From an uncultured Cytophagales bacterium (lineage in GTDB: Bacteria > Bacteroidota > Bacteroidia > Cytophagales > JAAEPT01), in the NCBI GenBank assembly GCA_964350605.1, contig CAYGKP010000003.1:1-37681 (forward strand): a stretch of 37,681 nt of DNA. Direction: 5' to 3'. The translations under genes were made by a program, and so were the position numbers. The notes below the pieces were generated by a model. The model was not told where the DNA came from. It did not search any database and saw only the letters and a program-made list of their open reading frames with translations. The stretch's first letter is position 1, and every line of letters starts with the position of its first letter. Positions 14,846 to 22,389 of this stretch are shown here, piece by piece.

Positions 14846-17278
14846 ATGAAATCGACTGCTAAGTCTCTGCTTCTGCTGCTGTATACCCTTTGGGTTGCAA
14901 CGGAAACCGCCCATGCGCAAACTGGTTCGGTTGTGCATGGGCACGTGCTGGGGCCCAAAGGATCACCAGTTGAGTTTGCCGCCGTGGTGCTGGATGGCGG
15001 GCCGCTATCGACTTATGCCGACGAATACGGTCATTTTCATTTTCCCGAGGTCGCACCCGGCCCGCACCAGCTTCAATGTGAAGCTGTGGGCTACCAGCCG
15101 TTCTCAAAACAGATTGTCGTCGAGCCAGGCCAGGAATTGAGCGTAGAAGTGGTCATGAAAACCGACTTACTTCACTTGGACGAAGTCGTCGTTTCCGCCA
15201 CCCGCAGCCGCATGTTGCGCCGGGATGCACCTGTCATTGTCGGCGTAGTCGACCAACGAACCATGGAAGCGACCCAGTCGCTCACCCTTTCGGAAGGGCT
15301 TAGCTACCAACCTGGGGTCCGTGTCGAGACCAATTGCCAGAACTGTGGCTTCACACAAGTGCGCATGAATGGCCTCCAGGGCCCCTACACCCAAATTCTG
15401 ATCAACGGAAGGCCTTCGTTCAGTGCCTTGGTGGGTGTCTATGGCCTCGAACAAATTCCCACCAACATGATCGAGCGAATCGAAGTGGTCCGCGGCGGCG
15501 GTTCGGCGTTGTACGGCGGCAATGCCATCGCGGGCACGATCAACGTGATTACTCGTGATCCCACGGAAAGCAGCTACCGAATCGGCTCAAGCGGCAACCT
15601 GATCGGTGGCGAGGCATTGGACGGCCTGATGAGCGTGAATGCTTCGGTAGTCAATGAATCGGGCCAACGCGGCGTGACGGTCTTCGGCTTCCGGCGCGCC
15701 CGACAGGGCTATGATGCCAACAACGACGGCTATACCGAGATCACGGAGTTGCAGAACACTACGTTGGGCTTCCAAGCCTTCGAGCGGCTGTCCTCCCGAT
15801 CGCGATTGGGGTTAGAGGTGCACCACATCAACGAATACCGCCGGGGCGGCAACCGCCTGGATTTCGAGCCGCACCAGGCCGATATCGCCGAGATGCTCGA
15901 CCACCGCATTACGGGCATTCAACTCAGCTTCGAGGCCGAGAGCAAGGACGAGCGGCATGCTGTGGCTCTCTACTCGGCTCCCCAGTTCACCCACCGAAAC
16001 TCCTATTATGGTGGGGGCGGCAATGTCGATCTGTCGACGGCGACCAATGCATCTGACAGCTTGGTCTTGCTAGCCGAGCGTGACCAAGCCGCGCGATACT
16101 ATGGGAAGACCGATGACCTGGTCTGGGTCAACGGGGCCTTGTATACCTACAGCTTCTCGTCGCTGCTGGGCCGCCGAGGGTCTTTGACAGTGGGCGGCGA
16201 GCAAGCCTACAATTCGGTTTCCGACCGCATGCCAGGGTACAACCGTGAGATTGCTCAAACCGTGAACACCTGGGCGGGGTATGCCCAATTGCAGGTTCGG
16301 CCCCTCGAAAGGCTGACGATTCTTACGGGCCTGCGGGTCGATCGTGTGGGGATCGATGGGAGCTACCAATTCGCAGGAAGCGAGGAGGGCCGCATAGACC
16401 GGGTGTTGACGGTGGTCAACCCACGCTTGCAGTTGATGTGGGACCTCAGCAACTCCTGGCGGCTGCGGACTGGGTATGCGCGGGGCTTTCGTGCACCACA
16501 AGCGTTCAATGAGGACTTGCATTTGGCAACTGTCGGGGGAGAGGCGCAGGTCATTCGCCTGTCCAATGACTTGGCACCCGAGACTTCGCATAGCTTGACC
16601 GCTTCGCTGACTTGGACTGGGAACCTGGGCCAAACCCAAGGCCTGGTCACCCTTGATGGATTCTGGACGCGCTTACTTGACCCGTTCTTGAACGAGACGG
16701 TGCCCAATCAACCCTCGAACAACTTCTTGCTGCTGGAAAAACGCAATGGTTCGGGGGCCACGGTGGCGGGGGCGAACCTGGAGGTGAACTTGGCCTTCTC
16801 GAAGAAATGGCGGGTTCAGGTGGGGGGTACCTACCAGTTGGCGGACTACGACCAAGCCGAAACCATCTTTGAAACCGGCGACCCGGATAGCACGGTCTCG
16901 ACCGTTCGCATCCTGCGCACCCCGAATGCCTATGGCTATTCGACCACCACCTATTCGCCGACCGAACGCTGGGACCTCTCACTTTCCGGCTTATTCACTG
17001 GCTCGATGCGTGTGCCGGAAGTGGTTGATCCTTCGACGCAGTTTGTCCGTCTGCGCGAGACACCTTCGTTCCTGGAAGTTCACGTCAAGCTGGCCCACAC
17101 CATTCCACTGGACGAGAAGGGGGGCAGCAAACTCCAACTCTACGGCGGTGTCCAGAACCTTCTGGAGAGTTACCAAGAGGACTTTCAAACGGGCGCCAAC
17201 CGCGACGCGAACTACATCTACGGCCCCGCGCGGCCCCGTACGTTCTTTCTGGGCTTAACCCTGGGCGGCGGCTTTTAG
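14846..17278 (+). CDS. TonB-dependent outer membrane transporter (N-terminal carboxypeptidase-regulatory-like domain, CxxC plug), probably for metal uptake
   Basis: Signal peptide AHA|Q, LDEVVVSATR TonB-box region, plug ETNCQNCGFTQVRMNGL and IERIEVVRGGGSALYG, C-terminal Phe. ATG 14846 preferred over TTG 14822. Confidence 0.93.
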   Translation: MKSTAKSLLLLLYTLWVATETAHAQTGSVVHGHVLGPKGSPVEFAAVVLDGGPLSTYADEYGHFHFPEVAPGPHQLQCEAVGYQPFSKQIVVEPGQELSVEVVMKTDLLHLDEVVVSATRSRMLRRDAPVIVGVVDQRTMEATQSLTLSEGLSYQPGVRVETNCQNCGFTQVRMNGLQGPYTQILINGRPSFSALVGVYGLEQIPTNMIERIEVVRGGGSALYGGNAIAGTINVITRDPTESSYRIGSSGNLIGGEALDGLMSVNASVVNESGQRGVTVFGFRRARQGYDANNDGYTEITELQNTTLGFQAFERLSSRSRLGLEVHHINEYRRGGNRLDFEPHQADIAEMLDHRITGIQLSFEAESKDERHAVALYSAPQFTHRNSYYGGGGNVDLSTATNASDSLVLLAERDQAARYYGKTDDLVWVNGALYTYSFSSLLGRRGSLTVGGEQAYNSVSDRMPGYNREIAQTVNTWAGYAQLQVRPLERLTILTGLRVDRVGIDGSYQFAGSEEGRIDRVLTVVNPRLQLMWDLSNSWRLRTGYARGFRAPQAFNEDLHLATVGGEAQVIRLSNDLAPETSHSLTASLTWTGNLGQTQGLVTLDGFWTRLLDPFLNETVPNQPSNNFLLLEKRNGSGATVAGANLEVNLAFSKKWRVQVGGTYQLADYDQAETIFETGDPDSTVSTVRILRTPNAYGYSTTTYSPTERWDLSLSGLFTGSMRVPEVVDPSTQFVRLRETPSFLEVHVKLAHTIPLDEKGGSKLQLYGGVQNLLESYQEDFQTGANRDANYIYGPARPRTFFLGLTLGGGF

Positions 17279-17287
17279 GTGGTTGGG

Positions 17288-18265
17288 CTACCGACGAGGC
17301 CAGAAGCGCAGGCCCACTGCCATGTGATCGCTGGGGCCTTTGACATATTCCTTTCCATAGTGAGTTCGCAGGGGGCGAAGGCCGCCGTACTTCGGGTCGG
17401 GTTCAAAGCGGTGGGGTGGCGCCCAAACCGTCATCGTTGAATCGACCAGCCAATGCGTGGGCTCCATGGGGCAGGCTAAGATCTGGTCAAACCACTGCCA
17501 GCGGCCTTGGTACTGAAGGGTTCCGATGCTGTCCTCCCGCATGCGGGGGAGTGCTAGGTTGGTCAGTCTGTGGGTCGTGACCAGGGTCGTGACGCTGGAA
17601 TCGGTGGGTTCGTCGTTGAAATCGCCGATGATGTAGAAGGGAATCTGCTGCTGGCTGTTGAGGGAATCGAGCGCTTGGCTGAGGCATGCAGAGGCAGCCA
17701 TGCGGCCCGGAATCGACCCTATATAGCCGTGGTAGCGAGAAGGCCAATGCAACACGGCCACCCCGATGGTATTGCCACCGGGCAGGGTGCCAACGGCAAC
17801 GAGCATGTCGCGGGTTTCGTCGGCGGTATCGGGCAGGGCGGGGGTAATCCAGGCTACGTTCAACAGGCGGAAGAACGTACTGTCGTACAGCAAGGCGCAG
17901 TCGATGCCGCGTTCGTCCAACGACTCACGGTGAAGGATGCCCCAGTGTTTCTTTGGAAACTGAGGGTGGCCCACCAGGTCTTCCAATACACGGCGGTTTT
18001 CGACTTCCCCAAGGCCGATCAGACGCAGGTTCCAGGCCTTGTCCATCCGAGAGAACTCCTCGGCCAGCACTTGTTGCTTGTGGGCGTACATCGGCGCATC
18101 CCAATGCTTCCAACCTGCGGGCGTGAATTCGAAGTCGTTCCGTCCGGTATCGTGAACGGTATCGAACAGGTTCTCGACGTTCCAATAGGCGAGGGACCAG
18201 GCTTCGTATTGGGCCCAACACCAAACCGACAGCGAGAGAAGCCAGGCAGTCAATAGAACCTTCAT
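17288..18265 (-). CDS. Secreted endonuclease/exonuclease/phosphatase (EEP) family protein
   Basis: WNVENLFDT, GLGEVEN, HWPSR, IGDFND, FDQI and SDH motifs. Signal peptide CWA|Q. Confidence 0.9.
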   Translation of the reverse strand: MKVLLTAWLLSLSVWCWAQYEAWSLAYWNVENLFDTVHDTGRNDFEFTPAGWKHWDAPMYAHKQQVLAEEFSRMDKAWNLRLIGLGEVENRRVLEDLVGHPQFPKKHWGILHRESLDERGIDCALLYDSTFFRLLNVAWITPALPDTADETRDMLVAVGTLPGGNTIGVAVLHWPSRYHGYIGSIPGRMAASACLSQALDSLNSQQQIPFYIIGDFNDEPTDSSVTTLVTTHRLTNLALPRMREDSIGTLQYQGRWQWFDQILACPMEPTHWLVDSTMTVWAPPHRFEPDPKYGGLRPLRTHYGKEYVKGPSDHMAVGLRFWPRR

Positions 18266-18291
18266 CTCGCTGTATCGACGATTGCTCGGGG

Positions 18292-19053
18292 CTAGCTTTT
18301 GCTTCCGCTGCCGACCCCCATGATCCGACCGATCAGGAAGACGACATACAGATTGCCTGCCAGCGACTCGATGGTCGCCACATCACGAATGGCGCGCGAG
18401 GCTTCGGGGTACGGGCTGTCGATGCCCCCCAGTGTGGAGATGCTCATGGTGATCCCGCTCAGGTAGCTGTAAATCCCATTGGGGATGTCCTCGCCAAAGG
18501 CACCGGGCAGGGCTACGTTGATCAGGTCGTACACACTGCCAAAGGCCATGGCCATGGTCAAGTAGATGCAAGCCGAACCCCACAGCCGCTCGCTGGCCGA
18601 ATGCTGGCCAGTGAAGATGGCTTGGCCGGCAAGGATCAGCGCGCTGATCTCAATCGACATCCAGCAGAGGTGAATGATGTAGTACTCTGCAGCCCGGCCC
18701 TCCAGCCAGTAAATCGGGTTTTCGGTGATGATCGCGGTAATGGCTGTGACCATCAAAAGAACCAAAACAGCCCAAGGCACCCATTTACTGGGCGAGAAGG
18801 CTCGGTTCAAATCCCAGAGCAAATAGAGGTAGACCCCTGCGATGGCCAGCATCGGCAGGCGAATCAAGGAGCGGCCCCCGTCGGCTTCTTGGGCCATCAG
18901 CACATCCTTGAGGGGGATGAGCAGGGTGATCACGATGATCTGGTAGATGACAATCCGACGAAAATCGCTCGCTTTGCGCTGGCGGGCCCGAAGGACACGT
19001 TTTGCCTTGGTGTATTGGCTAGTCATGAGTTGCTCGTGGGCTTCAAAGTACAT
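18292..19053 (-). CDS. Ion-channel-like membrane protein (Ion_trans_2-type pore region, atypical filter)
   Basis: About 6 TM segments. C-terminal LWGSACIYL...FGSVY...PGAF...STLGGIDSP...IESLAGNLYVVFLIGRIMG aligns with small bacterial K-channel-like proteins. Start could be 19026. Confidence 0.7.
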   Translation of the reverse strand: MYFEAHEQLMTSQYTKAKRVLRARQRKASDFRRIVIYQIIVITLLIPLKDVLMAQEADGGRSLIRLPMLAIAGVYLYLLWDLNRAFSPSKWVPWAVLVLLMVTAITAIITENPIYWLEGRAAEYYIIHLCWMSIEISALILAGQAIFTGQHSASERLWGSACIYLTMAMAFGSVYDLINVALPGAFGEDIPNGIYSYLSGITMSISTLGGIDSPYPEASRAIRDVATIESLAGNLYVVFLIGRIMGVGSGSKS

Positions 19054-19082
19054 ACTTTCCCCTCAATCAACTGCTTACACCC

Positions 19083-19835
19083 ATGCGCCGAATCGCGTTT
19101 CATAGCCTGTTTGTCTTGACCCTCTCTTCCTTTTGGGCCTGCCAGTCCATCGAGGTGGAAGATGTCGTTAACGTCAACCCCGGGCGGGTTCATCAGTCGC
19201 TCACGGTCACCTACAGTGAAAACGAAGAAGCACTGAGTGCACGCGCGCAGTTCCGATTTGGGGGGAGTACGGGTACCACGCTACGGCTAACCAACGATTG
19301 CAAGGTCTTGTTCGACGGCGAAGAAATGGGTGGAAACGAGCAGTTCTTGCAAGGCATGGTCTACAGCACCCGATCGGGGGGTGGTTTCCAGCCTGGGCGC
19401 CATGAGTTCTCTTATCACGACCTGGACGGCAGCACCTTTGCCAACAGTGTGTCGCTGCGCAGCTTTGGTTCAATCATGGTGCCTCAGACCATTGACGTGA
19501 ATGAGGATGCAGTCATTACTTGGACGGGCGAAAGCCTGGTGGCGGGGGAAGAGGTGTCGATTTACATCTCGGGTGAGAAGGGCAAAAGTGCAAGCCTGAC
19601 CATCAAAATGACCGGCGCAAACCGAGTGGTGCTCGAGCCCAAGCACATGAAGAATCTGTTCGATGGCCCCGCCGAGTTGAGCCTCAGCCGCAGTACCAGT
19701 CAGCCAGTTACCGAGGGCACCGAAGTGGGGGGAACCATTTCAGGCATCTACAAAGCCAAGGACCTCAGCCTTCAAATCACGGGCCGCCCTGCGCCGAAGG
19801 AGGAAGAACCTACGCAGGCTGGGGAAAGCCAATAG
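19083..19835 (+). CDS. Lipoprotein of unknown function
   Basis: Basic N-terminus, hydrophobic core, lipobox FWA|C. Mature part is beta-rich. Confidence 0.85.
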   Translation: MRRIAFHSLFVLTLSSFWACQSIEVEDVVNVNPGRVHQSLTVTYSENEEALSARAQFRFGGSTGTTLRLTNDCKVLFDGEEMGGNEQFLQGMVYSTRSGGGFQPGRHEFSYHDLDGSTFANSVSLRSFGSIMVPQTIDVNEDAVITWTGESLVAGEEVSIYISGEKGKSASLTIKMTGANRVVLEPKHMKNLFDGPAELSLSRSTSQPVTEGTEVGGTISGIYKAKDLSLQITGRPAPKEEEPTQAGESQ

Positions 19836-19981
19836 CGGCATTTGGCGGCGAACGGTAACTAATTGTGCTGAGCGACGTACTGAGGCTATGTGCTTGCAAA
19901 TTCCAGTTTGACTGCGGTTCTTACCCGCGGAACTGGGCAACCAGGCCGAACCAACTCAACCTTCACTAATCGAATCTTATC

Positions 19982-20353
19982 ATGTCTAAATTGAAAACCG
20001 CGGGAATCATCTCGCTCATCATTTACATCGTCTACACTCTTGGTGCGCTCGCGCTTCTTTTGATGGGTGGTGCATTTGCCGGTGTGTTCGGTGCACTAGG
20101 TGGCAGCATTTTGATCATCGGTGTTCTCATGCTTGCGCTTTGCATTATGGGTATCATTGGTAGCTCGAAAATCATGAAGAACAAGGGTCGTGTTTTGTAC
20201 TTGATCCCTACTTTCATCTTCGTTCTTCTGGGCGTTTTAGGCATTTTTGGGGCTCTTTTCGGAGGCAACATCCAGATTGGCAGCCTTTTGATGCAAGTTT
20301 TGTTCACGGGTGGATTGGCGTACTCGCTGATTCTCGTTCTGAAGCACAAGTAG
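19982..20353 (+). CDS. Small Gly-rich 4-TM membrane protein
   Basis: 123 aa with four hydrophobic segments. A-rich leader and its own terminator. Confidence 0.82.
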   Translation: MSKLKTAGIISLIIYIVYTLGALALLLMGGAFAGVFGALGGSILIIGVLMLALCIMGIIGSSKIMKNKGRVLYLIPTFIFVLLGVLGIFGALFGGNIQIGSLLMQVLFTGGLAYSLILVLKHK

Positions 20354-20382
20354 ACGGTTAGAAAACCTTCGCTACATACAAC

Positions 20383-20418
20383 AGAAAGCCCCGCCATTGG
20401 CGGGGCTTTCGCGTTTTA
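20383..20418. terminator. Bidirectional intrinsic terminator
   Basis: GAAAGCCCCGCCA-t-TGGCGGGGCTTTC followed by GCGTTTT, between convergent genes. Confidence 0.8.
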
Positions 20419-20434
20419 GGTGGGGGTGTGGGCC

Positions 20435-21424
20435 TCAGTCCCGTTGCTTTTTGGGCTTGGCTGACTTTCCCTTTTTGGTGCCTTTCTCCGGCATGGTTGG
20501 GGCGTCTACCGCTGGGCTTCGAAACCCGAAGGGCAGGGCTACGAGCTCGTAACCTTGTTGACGCAGTAAGGCGACTACCCCATTGGGACCACCGAGGTGG
20601 GCCGAGCCAATGGCCACGAAGGTGGGCTGGTCGCGGCACATTTGCCCAATTCGCTGGGCCATCACGGGGTTGCGGTTCGCCAGAATCGCCTCGGCGAACA
20701 GCGGGTCATAGCTTTCCTGCTCGCTGTTCGCGTACTCGACCATTCCCTCAATGTCCTGGGCCAAATAGAGCTGGGCCATTCGCTCCATCTCGTCCTTTGC
20801 TTCGGTGGTGGAATCGTTCAGTTGGCGGACGGCATCGAGCAACATTTGGGCTTGATCGGCCAGGGGAATCACATCAAGGGCGGCCATTTGCTCCCCGATG
20901 GTTTCGACGCCCAACAGCTCTTTGCCCCGTTTCTTGGCGTGGCTCTGCAAGTGCAAGTCGAGCACCTCGCCCTTCTCTTTGGTAGGTTCCATCAAGCCCT
21001 CCTCCTGGATGAGGAAGACGAGGAGTATCGGCTTGAACCGTTCGGCTACGCCCGCGTACATCCCCATGCTCTTGCGCAGGGCCTTTTTGATCAGTTTGTA
21101 ATCGGCGGTGTCAGGGTAAAAATCGCCGAGCCGCTGTTCTTTGGGGAGGAAGAACAAGTGAAGCGAACCCATCACCGAGCCTTGGTCCATGAGCAGTTCA
21201 CCCGCCATGGCCTCGCAGGAATCCAGCTTTTCATAGACCACCGAGTCGAAGGCCAACACCCGTGGGTCGTCGATGTGGATGGTGCCCATCAGGTAGGAAG
21301 GGTGCTCCAGTGAGTCGTGACGGATTTCCCAGAGCAGTTGCCCCTGACCGATGCGTGGGAACAGCAAAAAACCGACAGCCAAGAGTGAGGCCAGAAACAA
21401 AAAGGGGTTGCGAGTGATGCCCAT
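20435..21424 (-). CDS. TraB/GumN (Tiki-like) family secreted protein
   Basis: LLWEI...SYLMGTIH, GVETIGEQ, RNPVM and FVAIGSAHLGGPNGVVALL motifs. ATG 21424 chosen because the ORF-track TTG lies in a -7-like box. Confidence 0.9.
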   Translation of the reverse strand: MGITRNPFLFLASLLAVGFLLFPRIGQGQLLWEIRHDSLEHPSYLMGTIHIDDPRVLAFDSVVYEKLDSCEAMAGELLMDQGSVMGSLHLFFLPKEQRLGDFYPDTADYKLIKKALRKSMGMYAGVAERFKPILLVFLIQEEGLMEPTKEKGEVLDLHLQSHAKKRGKELLGVETIGEQMAALDVIPLADQAQMLLDAVRQLNDSTTEAKDEMERMAQLYLAQDIEGMVEYANSEQESYDPLFAEAILANRNPVMAQRIGQMCRDQPTFVAIGSAHLGGPNGVVALLRQQGYELVALPFGFRSPAVDAPTMPEKGTKKGKSAKPKKQRD

Positions 21425-21461
21425 AGTCAGCAAGTTACACCTGGCTACCCATTCGACCGCC

Positions 21462-21815
21462 GTGGACCTCGATCACTTCCGACGTTTTTGCCTCTCATTG
21501 CCCGCCAGCGAGGAGACCTTGCCTTTCGGGCCCGATGCGTTGGTGATGAAAGTCATGGGCAAAATGTATGCCCTTGCTCGGCTCGAACCCTTTGGTTCGT
21601 TCAACGTGAAATGCGACCCGGAGATTGCCCAGGAATTGCGCGAGCAGTACCCCGCTGTTCTGCCGGGCTATCACATGAATAAGAAGCACTGGAACACCGT
21701 TGAGTTGAATGGCTCCATCCCGATGCGACTACTGGAACAATGGATCGCCGACTCGTACCACTTAGTAGTGGCCAGTTTGCCTAAAGCGCAACGAGAGGCG
21801 TTGGGCGAACACTAA
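21462..21815 (+). CDS. MmcQ/YjbR family DNA-binding protein
   Basis: ETLPFG, KVMGKMYA, NVKCDP and PGYHMNKKHWNTV motifs. GTG 21462 start avoids overlap with the divergent gene. Confidence 0.92.
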   Translation: MDLDHFRRFCLSLPASEETLPFGPDALVMKVMGKMYALARLEPFGSFNVKCDPEIAQELREQYPAVLPGYHMNKKHWNTVELNGSIPMRLLEQWIADSYHLVVASLPKAQREALGEH

Positions 21816-21890
21816 GCGGTGGTTACGCAAGTGCGGGCGGTTGTGTAGCTTCACCCTTCGATTTCCTGCATCACTTCTCACTTTAACTTC

Positions 21891-22229
21891 ATGTGGCCCT
21901 TTCGCAAGAACGATACCTCAGCCCTCGAAGCCGACCAGCTTCGCGAGCTGATGAAAGCCGACCGCTCGCTAACCCTTGTGGATGTGCGCACGGCGGGCGA
22001 GTACCGCACCGAGCACCTGACCCCATGCCTCAACTTGGACCTCATGCGCGCCGATGAGTTTGGGAAGCAACTGAGTTATTACGACAAGCAGGCCACTTAT
22101 TGCGTCTATTGCGCCCGTGGTCCACGCAGCCGAAAGGCCCTCAAGCGAATGCGGAAAATGGGCTTCGAGCACGTCTTCTGGCTCAAGGGCGGGATGGGGA
22201 CTTGGACAGGACCAAAGCGCCTGCGGTAA
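21891..22229 (+). CDS. Single-domain rhodanese-like protein
   Basis: LVDVRTxxEY..H, active-site loop YCARGPRS, LKGG. Confidence 0.9.
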   Translation: MWPFRKNDTSALEADQLRELMKADRSLTLVDVRTAGEYRTEHLTPCLNLDLMRADEFGKQLSYYDKQATYCVYCARGPRSRKALKRMRKMGFEHVFWLKGGMGTWTGPKRLR

Positions 22230-22247
22230 TCGGACTCCGGCACCCTT

Positions 22248-22287
22248 CGTGCCGTTTTTTGCGTACTAACAAGAAAAGACGGGCACG
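22248..22287. terminator. Possible terminator hairpin after rhodanese gene
   Basis: CGTGCC-GTTTTT...AAAGAC-G-GGCACG imperfect stem with no clear U tail. Confidence 0.3.
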
Positions 22288-22389
22288 CTGAGCACACTCC
22301 CAACGTTTTCCACCAGGTGGGGAACTTCGGCCCTCAGGTCCTAACTTGGCACAGATGAAACCTTTGAATAGCCACTTTTTTCCTGCGCG

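Noticed and set aside
5807-17278. Classical polysaccharide utilisation locus (GH8 + TonB-dependent transporter)
   Set aside because: The transporter is ~810 aa with a CxxC plug and a metal-repressor-like box, so it is not SusC-like. There is no susD and no HTCS/ECF regulator
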